Shown here: positions 1 through 11,296 of the stretch, piece after piece
Numbering within the stretch: position 1 is the stretch's first letter
Layout: each line of letters begins with the position of its first letter
NCBI GenBank assembly: GCA_976551045.1
Contig: CDPCPM010000103.1
Coordinates: 4,526,001-4,590,000 of the forward strand
Origin: Glaucostegus cemiculus
Lineage: Eukaryota
DNA: 64,000 bases
Direction: 5' to 3'
The notes under the pieces: generated by a model
What the model saw: only the letters and a program-made list of their open reading frames with translations
Told to the model about the DNA's origin: nothing
Database searches by the model: none
Translations under genes and position numbers: made by a program

Positions 1-24
1 CAAAGAACTTTTCAGATTTCAATG

Positions 25-120
25 AACACCCATCATTCTTCTAAAATAGAGAACGTACAGGTCTGGTTTGCTTAACCTTTCTTCATACGACAAAGCTGCC
101 TTCCAGGAATCTATCTGGGA
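25..120 (-). mobile_element. Degraded CR1 LINE fragment (end of ORF2)
   Basis: CATTCTTCTAAAATAGAGAACGTACAGGTCTGGTTTGCTTAACCTTTCTTCATA...CCAGGAATCTATCTGG parallels the CR1 copy at about 45440-45520 (CTCTAAAGAACAGAGGTCTAGCTTTCTCAATTTCTCTTCATA...CCTGGAACCAGTCTAG). Confidence 0.6.
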
Positions 121-139
121 AATATCCCAAGATATCTCA

Positions 140-245
140 AATAGAGGAGGATTAATCAAGTGACCAAAAGTGTGGTTGAAATGAAAGAGTTTGGAGGGTG
201 GAGTGGGAAGGCAAAGAGATTTAAGTAAGGTATTCCAGAAAAAAG
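140..245 (-). mobile_element. Very old L2-type LINE relic
   Basis: Purine-rich GTGACCAAAAG...GAGATTTAAGTAAGGTATTCCAGA resembles the antisense 3' region of elasmobranch L2 elements as I recall it. Weak. Confidence 0.35.
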
Positions 246-905
246 GAAAGCTCTACACCAAAAGGCAAACTAAATTAATGGAAGGCATGTGAAGTAGGGC
301 TGGGATCTGGGACCACAGGTAGGAGTGGTGAGACTATGGAATGACTTATGACATGCAGACTGACTCGCCTCTGAATTTATCTCCTTCTCTCTCCTCTTCA
401 GGACAAGCTCCTTCTTTCTGTTCTGTAGCTTGCCTAATAGCTCTGTGCAATTTTGAGAACTTTTGTGCCCAAAATAGTTCAATAGATTCTATGTCTATTA
501 AATCTTTGCTCTACCCCATGGCACTCCATGCCAATCAGCAACAATGGATATGACAATTCCATAATAATTGTGTATACGATTTTTCTAGAGGCCAGTCTGA
601 AAATAATACAATGATATTAATGAATCACTATTTGCATCTTAACAAAATAAAACTTAGAAGGGAGCATATATACAACTAAGGAGTCAACAAATAACAATTC
701 AATAAAATTAACCAATAATATTAAGCAGAAAATCCAATGAAAATGCAACCAAATCATAACTGTCACATTATCTTCATAATACTATAATTTTAGAGAAAAC
801 CCAAAGCTATTTTTTGTAAGCCAGGGTTCAGCCTCTGTCACAGAGCAGTCCCCTCAATTCATGCCTCAGCAATGCACTCAATATGTATCCATTCTACCAA
901 TCACC

Positions 906-1202
906 AAAGATAAGGTATCTTTATTAGTCACATGTACATCAAAGCACACAGTGAAATGCATCTTTTGCGTAGCGTGTTCTGGGGACAGCCTGCAAATGTT
1001 GCCACACTTCGAGCGCCAACATAGCATGCCCACAACGTCCTAACCTGTACGTCTTTTGAAATGTGGGAGGAAACCAGAGCACCCGGAGGAAACCCATGCA
1101 GTCATGGGGAGAACATACAAACTCCTTACGGACAGTGGCTAGAATTGAATCCAGGTTGCTGGTACTGTAATAGCATTACACTAACCGCTACACTACCGTG
1201 CC
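906..1202 (-). mobile_element. Full-length tRNA-derived V-SINE (HE1-like)
   Basis: On the minus strand: A box TAGTGTAGCGG (1195-1185) and B box GGATTCAATTC (1152-1142). V-domain core reads TGTGGGAGGAAACCAGAGCACCCGGAGGAAACCCATGCAG on plus. LINE-type tail ...TTTCACTGTGTGCTTTGATGTACATGTGACTAATAAAG. Confidence 0.9.
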
Positions 1203-1371
1203 TACCTGGTAGAGATGCTAGTGATTGCCTGATGAGAGTAGAGAAGGGGTCAGTATGTGTTTGTATACCCTCCCATCCCATTCTTCAAAACTCTCCAATG
1301 CCAGCCTACCTGGTTGCCACCTGCTTCCCTCAGCAGCCAGAACTTCATCTGCCATATTGTTTACACCACCT

Positions 1372-1541
1372 ACACAAAAAGTGCTGGAGGAACTCAACAG
1401 GTCAGGCAGCATCCATGGGGAGAAATAAACAGTTGATGTTTCAGGTCGAGACCCTTCATCAGGACTGGAAAGGAAGAGGGCAGAAGCCAGAATAAGAAGG
1501 TCGGGGGAGGGGGAGGAGCACATGCAGACAGGTGATAGGTC
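1372..1541 (-). mobile_element. Penelope-like element terminal repeat fragment
   Basis: GCTGGAGGAACTCAACAGGTCAGGCAGCATC...GTTTCAGGTCGAGACCCTTCATCAGGACTGG. Same family as the copies at 16.3, 20.9, 32.9 and 38.9 kb, and it contains a hammerhead core. Confidence 0.75.
1430..1467 (-). ncRNA. Minimal type I hammerhead ribozyme motif (CpG-decayed)
   Basis: Minus strand reads CAGTC-CTGATGA-AGGGTCTCGACCT-GAAA-CATC-AACTG: CUGANGA and GAAA cores, stem II GGTC/GACC, stem I CAGT/ACTG. Differences from an ideal GAAACGTCGACTG are CpG transitions. Confidence 0.7.
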
Positions 1542-3724
1542 CAGGAGTTTACACCACCTGGCCATACCACAGCAAGGCCAGCAATGGCGGCATACATGAT
1601 GAGGCAGAATCCCAGTTGATACAAACTTTAAATCATAACATTGTCAATTGACTTATTATTTGACTTCATAATTTACTGAATTAGTATAAAGAAACCTAAG
1701 GGACCAAAGAGTAGTGCCATGAGTTGAGGTCTCACAGCATAGCTGGATTCTTCTTTCTTTATAATACCCTTCACCTTTTTTTATCTTTATAAGAAGCTGT
1801 TGTCAGCACTGAATCAGAGGTGAATAGAGAGTGTCATGACATAGGATTACCAGCATGACTGGATGCTAAATTAAATGTTTGAGATGAAAGAATGGAAAAT
1901 GTGACATGCATTGATAGAATGCATTTACAGAATTCTAGAAAGATACCTTTGCAGATTAATGCAGACAAAAGGCACCTACACTAAACTGAATCATATTCGT
2001 AGAGCATGCTATTATACCCAGCAAACCACCCAGGATTTAAAATGCTACACACTGTCCAATCAACTCCAATGGTGAAATAAAAGGCCAGGCAATGTGAATT
2101 ACACTGTGTTACAAAGAGAGTCTATACAGTGACAAAAGATCAAATATTATATCACACTATTTCCCAAGAGGGAAGTTCCAATCAGTCTAACGTTGTATGG
2201 GGCATCATTTCAATTACTTAAATGGAAGTTTTGATGGTTACAAAATGATTTGTTTTCGGTTTGTAGTTAATCCATGCAGCACTGAATTTCTCTGGTAATT
2301 TTAAAAAGGCATTGCAATATCTCCATTATGATTTGTATAAAATGCTATAATTAATGAATATTTCAACCCTCAGTAAGTAGTCAATCTTATCTATATCTAA
2401 AATCAATCCTAACAATTATATGATTCCAATAGTTATTAAACTGTTTGTTTATGGATACTTCTTTAAAGTGGGTGGGATCTGGAGCCATCTTCTGAAGAAA
2501 GTCAATATGCAAAAAACAATATTTTACATCTTAAAATATATCAATTATGATTTCATTTTATCGACATATTAGGGCCTGCAAGTCTTGCCTGCGATGATGT
2601 CAAGTGTGTTAGCCAGATCTGACTTCATAGTACATAAGCCAGCTAATATGCATAAATGATTATGTGCCTCAACACATACAGTAACATGCATTTTGATAAC
2701 ACAGAGCAGTACAACAAATAATTCATTTCTAAATATTTAAAATAGAGCTTGTGCCAATTTGCAACCTGCTTTTATATGCAAAATAATCAAAAAGTAATTA
2801 AGATGCTGTAAGTAGAACAGAAAAATCAAAACTACTGCCTTATGAGATTTTCCTAATAAACACAACAATTATGCATTCATTGCCATAATTAAAACAGTTT
2901 TGTCCTTTGGTCACATGCTGTTTGTGAAATAGTCACTAAGATACTGTTCATTTGTATCAGAGACATTTCTTGTTCCCTGTTCCTTACCTGAAAGTTTATT
3001 TAATGGTAACAATTAAATATTTCATTGTCATGGTTCAATTAAATAGTTTGGCCTTAGAAAATTGGGGATTGTAAAGTGAGGACGGAACATGCTTTGATCC
3101 TCCTTCCAGGGTTATTGTTTCATTAATAAATGAACATGTCATTTGTCTCACCAGAGGGAGCTCATGCCCTCCAGGCTTCTTCCTTTTTTGTTAGGGTTTT
3201 ATAAAGATGAATTTCCAGTGCTCTAAAATACCATGGATTAGTAGTTAAGCTTGACAGCACTTCGGGGAGTAGTGGGCTTAAAGTGTCTCACACAGGTCTC
3301 CAAAGCACTTGTTTACTAATAGGGAAATCAACGGCCGTCTGCAGCTGCTGATACCACATTACCATTTAGAAAGACGGACACAGAGATAGCAATCCACACA
3401 GGTTTAATAATTATTACAATATCCACATTTTTCTCATAACTGTAAAGCTGGTATTTTATGACTGAATCCAACATCTGGTAATAAGCAATGCTTCTGACAA
3501 GATCATAAGTGTTTACTGCTGAAGTATTTTGCCTAATCTGGATTTTAAAACATCATTATTGCAGTTAAATGTTATATATCTTTGAGTGTGCTAGAAACTC
3601 CCAGTTTGTACATTACAAAATGTTTTGCGATATATGAGAAACTGTCTCAGTATCAAAAGTTCCAGGTACATTTAAAAATCCTACTGTTTTTTGGAGTGAA
3701 TGGGCTTTTGAAGAAGGAGTAGCC

Positions 3725-3960
3725 AGACCTAGCCCCTAGTTTGAACTGAGTTGGGTATCTTAGCCAGGGTGCTAAAATTAGCATCAATATTCTGAGTTCA
3801 GTTGAAGAAAAATTGGCCAAAATTTCTGCACTTGGTTGCTATCCACGAACTCCTGTTAGAAAATACAGGCATGTGGATGTTGGCTGGAAATGGATTGGAT
3901 TTAGCTATGGTGCCCATTATGGTTCAAATGCATGCCAATACTCACTGGGACAGACGGGAG
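3725..3960 (+). mobile_element. Old SINE-like repeat relic
   Basis: CTGAGTTGGGTATCTTAGCCAGGG...TTGCTATCCACGAACTCCTGTTAGAAA...TACTCACTG resembles an old elasmobranch dispersed repeat as I recall it. A related 3' piece may lie at about 4550-4670 (CTGTCTCTACTCTTACATGAAGAATG). Confidence 0.35.
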
Positions 3961-5084
3961 AACTGAGTAACAGCAGCCTGTCCATGTTAAGAAGGCAAAG
4001 AGGTCAAAGGCACTTTGAGTCTCAATTAAATTGTATAGCTGAGTTAAGGGAACTATAAGGGAGCCCAGATAGAGCATATTGGATTTAAGCCCTTCCAATA
4101 TTCAGGCAGACCTGGGTGAATGGGAGAGAGGATCATGGTGGGGGTTTCTAAGGAGGATGCTTCTCTTCCTCCTAGTCTATGAAAAATTCAAGTGACAATG
4201 ACACGTTTGATACTGAGACAGTTTCTTACATATTGCAAAAGAAAGTTCCAGTGAATAGGGTGGGAGTTTCTAGCACACTCAAAGATATAAAATATTTAAC
4301 TGCAATAATGATGTCTTAAAATCCAGATTAGGCAAAAAGATGCAGCTGCAAACACATAATGACGTCAGAAGCAAAACTCATGTACCAGACAGGTCTCTCC
4401 TTAAACTGCAATTGGAGTTACATTTTACATGAAACAAACTCAATATCCCTAGCAAAACAACCTTCTGCCTGAAGAAGGCTGTTGGTTCAGCCATTCAGCA
4501 CCAGGTGCTGTAAAAGGGGCAACAGTCCATTAGCAATGATAATGAGGCTGTAAGGGTATAGATCCAGTTTGGATGCTGTGACAAGGCTTTGCCTGTCAAT
4601 TTTGGACAGTTAAAGTAGATCACGCTGTCTCTACTCTTACATGAAGAATGACACCTTGGGCAGGAGTACACCATCTCCTGAGCTGTTTGTTGATATGAAT
4701 TAATAATTTTATGAGAAAACTAGGAATTGGGAAGGATTAATAAAAAAATATATATTTCTTCACTGAAGAACATTTCTAATATCTTTGATATTAATTAGTG
4801 AACATTGTTGATGATCATTTATGATCTGAGAATCTTTGCTTAATATTTCCTAAACAATTGATCTACCATACTAAGGACTGCACATGTATAAATAAAGAAT
4901 ATTTTCTAACAAGATCATTTTCAGATTAAGTATTATTCATAGACTGCTTGGAAGATAGATACAGCATATTTCCATAATAATATTGCTTCCTAAAGTAGCA
5001 GAAATGCCTTCATTGGAAATTCACGGTCTTGTCTGAAACATGCAAAGAATGGCAATATTAGAAATTTATATTTGAAATGTCATT

Positions 5085-5290
5085 TCTTTTATTTACTTAC
5101 AGGATGTGGGGATGAAGGCTAACAATAATTGCAACCCCCGGATTGTCCACAACAAAGTGGTGGTGAACCACCTTCTTGAATTACTTTAGTCCTTCTGATG
5201 AAAGCATTCCCACAATGCTCTTGGGTAAGTCATTCCAGGATTTAGAAGCACTGATAGACCAGAGATACACAGTATTTCCAAATCAAGGAA
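5085..5290 (-). mobile_element. 3' end of a decayed CR1/L2-group LINE
   Basis: TTTATTTACTTACAGGATGTGGG...GTGGTGGTGAACCACCTTCTTGAA...TTCCAGGATTT...TATTTCCAAATCAAGGA matches the antisense tail pattern of a common shark/ray LINE (recalled). Confidence 0.55.
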
Positions 5291-7080
5291 AGCCTGTTTG
5301 AAATTATTTTCTCCAGCCTGGTGCAAAGGTGCTGAATCAGTTAATAGTGTAGTTCTAAGGGAGCTATGCGACTTGTACTTTACTTCTGTTACCTGAGTGC
5401 AGGATCTTCCAGTGTCGATGTAGCATAGTGTATTTGGCCACTGGGCATTTCAGGAAGTGCTTCATAGTGTTTTTTTTACACTAACACCAATTGTTTACCT
5501 TTCATTCAAATATTCTATGGAATTGATAGCTTCTGCGCAAGTAAACTTATATTAAGGAGATTTGTAAATAAATACATTTTATATTCCATCCATATAAATG
5601 CCCAGTTCAAAATTTACAAACAGTTCAGCTTCATCTTAACAATCAAAGAAAGCCAGAAGATTACTGCTTTCAGTTGGTTGACCATCAATCCTTGTTCCAT
5701 TGGGTGATTAAAGAGAGCTGGTAGTTAAAGCATTACATCAAAACTATCTTAATTGGTGCAAGGTTTAGCCCTTTCTATGCAGAGAGGGAAAAGGTGGAAT
5801 AGCCTTTTCAAGTCACATGAAAGTTTCTGGGATGAATATGGCTAATTAGATTAATAAGTAGCTTAATTTATCAGAGCTGAGAATTTCAACAGCCACACAC
5901 TGGAGTAAGAAAGATTAGTGTGATTTTAGTTTCTCCAGCTTGTACTAAAACTTCATTAAGCAAAGACAGAAAGCTTTTTTTTGGCCTGGATTAGAAAAAT
6001 GTTGAATAATCAGAAATGTCACTTTACTAGAATGAGGCTTATTAGGCAGAAGAAGGGAACACTTTATTGGGGCCTCTTGTGACATGGTTAGAATGTTTGG
6101 CACAAATGAGTCTAGATTACTGGGACTTCAAGGAATTCCAGTGTTGGTTCATGGGCAGACATAGAAACCACTGTATTAAAAAAATTCTTTCGTTTTCAAT
6201 TCATTATTTTTCTCCCTGCCCTATTGAAGACATAGGGATAACTATAGGGATGGTTTTATGCTATCCCACTCATCTCCCATCAGACAGTTATAAGGATGGT
6301 TTTACCACTTCCCCCTACCTCCCCTCACACACCTCATTTTATTTCCTGTTTAATCAACAGTGACTAACAATGAACAAGTTGTAAAATACCAATGTGCCAA
6401 CCAATCGTCTGGATTTTCCACCTAGCTATTTGGGTTAAAATGATTGACCGAGTGTTTGTGGATTATTCTATCTATGCCGTATCCTCTGATGTTTTTTCCC
6501 ATGCGGGTGTTACACATCTATGAACCAGGTCAGTGAGAAACTATTTGGCTGAATGAAGGGGGAGGAAGGGACATCATTCCCACTCTTATTTTAATTCATA
6601 AACACCATATTTTAACAGAACTGTGATCAAGAGATTCTCTTTCTTAATTCAGAGTCAATGAAGCCAAACACAAGTGATATAAATTCTTACCCTGTTTGAA
6701 ATTATGAAGTTCACCAGAAGCCTATTTTAGACCACCAGGTTGGAAATTACATACAAAATTGATGGTAAGTTTGCTTAAACAGCATTCTATTATGCTGCAG
6801 AATACAAGTTTTCTTCATATTATTTTCTTACATTGAGACTGAACTGAAATTTAAGAAGTTAAACAGATGAAATAAAATTTCATGCAATTTTTAATTCAAG
6901 TAAAATTGTAAATCATTTGGGGAAACAACACCCGCCACATACAAATTTATACGTTCACAAATCTCAATTTCATCATAATAGAGATAGAGAGAAAGAAAGC
7001 GGTTTAAGAATGATTTTACCTGTTTACACTCCAGTGGACTTATGCGTTTACAAGTTTGATATAGACGGACCATGAGAAGC

Positions 7081-7480
7081 ATGTGGCCGAACACCAGATG
7101 TACCTCTGGTTTCAAATCCAGTGACGACTATTAGGAGAGGATTAAAATCTCCTCAGTACCTTGGTTAGCGTTACTATGTGAGGTTTGATGTTATTTCAAC
7201 CTGGTTCTTAGGTGACTTATACCCATTGGAGAAAACTTCCTTAAATCTGGTGTGAAATTAGTCCTCTCTGATTCAGGATCATCGGTATAGAAAGTGGAAG
7301 GAGACAGCGTGCTGAACATAAGGGGTCATTTTCAGTGTGACCTACTGTTGTAGCAGAGTAGATGGAGCTTTACTTTTCATTTAATTGTTCACTATCTGAT
7401 ATGAAAGCACTTAATCTTGAGAACCTGAAAGGGAAAACATTCTCTCTACTATCTCTCATCCAGATGAACATAAAATTCAT
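7081..7480 (+). mobile_element. Ancient tRNA-type SINE relic, copy A (possibly LF-SINE-related)
   Basis: B-box-like GTTTCAAATCC at 7109-7119. The first ~130 bp align by eye to 8691-8815. The 3' part GTAGATGGAGCTTTACT...GATGAACATAAAATTC is SINE-tail-like. Confidence 0.5.
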
Positions 7481-7890
7481 GCAAATAATAGAGGTTCAAT
7501 AATTAACATTTTTTTTCCATTTGCTGAGATGATTATCAAGATATGTTAGCAAGGGCTGACTTTTCAAAATTCTTCTCACATCTTGGTGTTTCAGGAGCAT
7601 TCGATGTGGATTTAATTTTAAAGCTAGATAAATCTGTTGTGGGTGGAAGAAGCCCTTGATGAAACTAAAATTATATCTCCATTAGAACATCCATGCTTAC
7701 AGCCAATTGATACTTATTTTCTATTGAAGCATCTAACAGGTTATTGTCAGAATACTGGAAAATAATCTTCAACTGTTTGAAGCAATGTTCCTGTGACAGC
7801 CAAAATGAATTGTCAATTTAATAAAGTAAGATATGTATTTATATAAACCCTTATTACGTATCACAGGATCATTTTAGGCACAATGGTTAA

Positions 7891-7936
7891 GAATGCAGTA
7901 CAGGTAAACTCAGAGGAGTTTACCTGTACTGCATTC
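7891..7936. repeat. Perfect 21-bp inverted repeat with 4-nt loop
   Basis: GAATGCAGTACAGGTAAACTC-AGAG-GAGTTTACCTGTACTGCATTC; the arms are exact reverse complements. Confidence 0.97.
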
Positions 7937-8077
7937 CAAACAATTGTTCAATGTTTGTGGTGGCTGTGAATGAACAAAAAATGTTCACCAACAAACCAGG
8001 GAAAGTTTATCAAGTACTTTGAATAAAGCATGAAATATTTAATCTCCTCCCAAACCACTGTAATGTTTGATATTATG

Positions 8078-8682
8078 AGGACTTAGGAGTATAGGAGTTG
8101 GGATATTACATTGCAATTGTACAAGTCGTTGCTGAGGCACTTGGAGTACTGTGTACAGTTTTGGTCACCCTGTTATAGGAAAGATGTGGTTAAACTAGAA
8201 AGAGTGCAGAAAAGATTTACGAGGATGTTGACTAGAGGGCCTGTGTTATAGGGAGAAGTTGCCCAGGCTAGGTCTTTATTCCTTGGAATGTAGGAAAATG
8301 AAGGGTCACTTTATGGAAGTGTTTAAAATTATGAGAGGCATAGATAAAGTGGACGGTAACAGTTTTTTCTCTAGGGTAGTGGAGTCCAAAGCTAGGGGAC
8401 GTTAATTTAGGATGAGGGGGAAAGATTTAAAAGGGACCTAGGGACAACTTTTTCATGCAGAGGGTGGTAAGTACATGGACTGAGCTGCCAGATGAAGCGG
8501 TTGAAGCAGGTGCAATAGTATCATTTAAGAAGCGCTTGCATAGGTACATGGAGGGGTGAGGCCTGGAGGGATATGAGCCAACGCAGGAAATTGGGACTAG
8601 GTGGATGAGCACCATGGTCTGCATGGACTCGTTGGGCCAAAGGACCTGTATATGTGCTGTATTGCTCTGTGAATCTATGTCT
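8078..8682 (+). mobile_element. 5'-truncated CR1 LINE
   Basis: Encodes HLEYCVQFWSPCYRKDVVKLERVQKRFTRML (CR1 ORF2 C-terminus). 3' tail GGGCCAAAGGACCTGT...GTGCTGTATTGCTCTGTGAATCTATG. Confidence 0.92.
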
Positions 8683-8690
8683 CAGCTACA

Positions 8691-8820
8691 GGCTGAACAT
8701 CGGCCGTTCAACTCTGGGTTCAAATCCAATCGAAAATGACAGGATTAAAGTTTCCTCAGTGCCTTTCTTAAAGTTCTGTGTGAGGTGTGGTTTATCTCAA
8801 ACCTGTTCCTAGCTAACTTA
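8691..8820 (+). mobile_element. Ancient tRNA-type SINE relic, copy B
   Basis: Perfect B box GGTTCAAATCC at 8717-8727. Shares AGGATTAAARTYTCCTCAGTRCCTT and CTRTGTGAGGT with copy A at 7.1 kb. Confidence 0.5.
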
Positions 8821-9791
8821 GACACACTGCAGAAAATTGTCTTGTGCCCGATACTGGGTGATTGATAAAGAAAATGGAAAAAGATGGCATACTGCTGCAA
8901 TAGGGAGTACTTTTCTGAAGCTGGTATTTCCACAAAGGTACAGCTTCGAAGTTCTGGCTATAGCTCAAATTTCTATCCTTGTGTATCAAGGTTAACAATG
9001 CAACTAACTGTGTGAATTCCAGTTACAAATTACAGATGATGAAGCTAACAGAAAAACTGTAAACTAACACCCAGATGCAAAGATAATTTAAAGCAAAAAA
9101 AATGGATGAAATTATGGATGATTCTTATTCATTTTTGTGAACATTCCAATGCATTGAAATCCCTACTGCTGCAACAATTAATTCAATACTTTAATTAAAA
9201 GACCAATAAATTTTTATCTCCTCCATTTGGTGGTTGATGGTTGATTAACAGATCAGATTTCCCTCCTGCTCTAGATTTTTGATTCCATTGGAAGCGAAAC
9301 ACTCTGGATAGCTGAGGACAGGAATAAAGGAAACCACAAATACAAAAATAGCCAGAACTGAAAGAACATGAGAGTTTTGGATGATTGTTGCCTGGCTATA
9401 GAGAGAGGAAGCATGCAGGATCAGAATTTTACATTTAAGGCATTGATTGCATACCAATATAGGTGAACCAGTACAAGGCCAATACATAAATGAGTTATGG
9501 TCTGAAGTAGGATATAGGCAACTTTGTTTTAGTTTTTGAATTCCCATTTTCCTAGTGATTTTCTCTCCTGACTTCGATCTACCTGACAGTAGTGACAAAG
9601 TCATTCAGAAAGCTCTTTAATACGTAGGATTTTACACAGTGAATGCTAATCAGCCATTCAGTAACAGGAATGGAAGAGACGGGGAATGATTGAGAAGAAA
9701 ATTCGCATTTAAAGATCATTCTCTCTCCTTCCATGTGCAGCTTCCATGGATAATGATTAGATGAGGTGCCCCAGCAACTTCTCTCCAACAC

Positions 9792-9840
9792 AGCTCAGAG
9801 TCTAAAAATTAAGCAGGTAAGCTCAGAGTTAAAACTAAGC
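9792..9840. repeat. Short imperfect tandem duplication
   Basis: AGCTCAGAGTCTAAAAATTAAGC-AGGTA-AGCTCAGAGTTAAAACTAAGC. Confidence 0.8.
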
Positions 9841-10944
9841 TTAGGACGTTTATGAATTGCAGATGTTTGTATTATAGTATTATACAAGTCATTTGCTGAC
9901 CTCAAGCAATTATATTTTAATTATTAAGAAATAAGTATTTAATATTGAACACTGACACAGTCGTCAGTCCATTTGTTTATAACTAGAGTTACTGATTTAT
10001 GGCAACTCTTTAAGTCAAATTCGGTCTTATAACAAGAGACTACAGAATTTTAGGGATTTCTTTCCAGTCTCCTGTGAGTCCATCCAATTTTCTGTAAAAA
10101 CTGAAATAAGCACCGATTATGACAGTAATGGATAGAAAATACAAAAAAAGAGAGTTCCTGGCACTAATTAGAATGGTTTTTATGGCTAGCTTGTCATGTC
10201 TTTGAAGAATGCTGAAGCTGTCTGAAGTATTCAACATAAACTCAGCTTCAAAATGAGAATTGTCACTATTATTTTATCAGAAAGTGCTGAAAAATATTGG
10301 AAAAGGTATTGCAAATTGGTAAATCATTGTGCTGCTGATCATATTGACTCCTAAAACTTTAGATTTACACAAAAGGAATGTAAATCCAGAATAGAAATCA
10401 GAATCCTTATTATTAAAGATTGTGGTGTTGTGATTATTTATCTATGGCAGACTGAAGAGACTGTCAAAACTATGTTGGGGGATAAGGTAGAAATTCTCTT
10501 TCATAGTGCAATATTCCACATAATAATTTTTTTCTGAAACCTAATCACTAAATATGATTATGTTGTACAGAGTTAGAGTGCATTATAGTGTAAACCCTGA
10601 CCTGGTCCTCAGACATATAACAATGGTTGTTACCATGGGATTTTTAACTGCTTCAAATGCTGAAACAAGCTTAAACAAAATAACTCATGCCTACTCCATT
10701 GTTAGTTAAAGGGCCCATCCCTACTTTGCCTGTTGCCAAACAGTGAAGATTCTCTAAACATCCATCTAGCTTTATCAATGTAAGTTCCTGATTCATATTA
10801 ACAACCACACCCACACATACAGCTTCCAAACCCAGGGTTGTCCCCTACTCCCTTCCATATCCTCCATTGCCTCTTGGGTATCTCTCTGCACTTCTCCAAT
10901 CAATGTTCTCCCTATTTTCTGTCTGAATTGCAGAGTAAACTTGA

Positions 10945-10985
10945 CCAGTTAATGTTTCGGGTCAATAACCCTTCCTCAGAACTGG
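10945..10985 (-). ncRNA. Minimal type I hammerhead ribozyme motif
   Basis: Minus strand reads CCAGTT-CTGAGGA-AGGGTTATTGACCC-GAAA-CATT-AACTGG: perfect 6-bp stem I CCAGTT/AACTGG, stem II GGGT/ACCC, and intact CUGANGA and GAAA. Confidence 0.7.
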
Positions 10986-11052
10986 GGGAAGAGTTGGAGG
11001 GTTTACAGTGTACCACTATACAAATACTGTTAACGCTCCACTATTCCCCAGT

Positions 11053-11118
11053 TTTGACTGGCTGAGTTCTCTCAGCATTTCTGGTTTTGTTTCAGATTTC
11101 AGCAGTTGCAGTTTTATT
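11053..11118 (+). mobile_element. Penelope-like terminal repeat fragment (opposite orientation to the 10945 motif)
   Basis: TGACTGGCTGAGTTCTCTCAGCATTTCTGGTTTTGTTTCAGATTTCAGCAGTTGCAG parallels 21045-21100 and 38925-38980. Confidence 0.65.
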
Positions 11119-11296
11119 TGTTTACCTGTCTTCATCACCCTCCCTTCTACAATCATCTCCCTGGCACCAGTCTTCTCTCCCCGAGCCTTGATCCTCTCCC
11201 TTGCACCAATTATCTCCTGAGTTCCCTTGGTCTCCTCCCCAGTACCTCTGAGCTTCTCACCAACTTCCCCAGCATTCTCTTTAGCCCATTCCAATC

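Noticed and set aside
1130-1202. tRNA gene suggested by A and B boxes
   Set aside because: It is the tRNA-derived head of the V-SINE; I see no cloverleaf, and it continues into the SINE core.
1061-1565. Overlapping 144-aa and 115-aa ORFs
   Set aside because: They run through SINE and Penelope-type repeat sequence and are chance read-throughs.
4360-4367. Full CRE palindrome TGACGTCA
   Set aside because: It is an isolated 8-mer with no promoter context and is compatible with chance.
4494-4510. REST/RE1 site (TTCAGCACC)
   Set aside because: The right half-site GGACAG is missing; the sequence is only a 7-bp palindrome CAGCACC-A-GGTGCTG.
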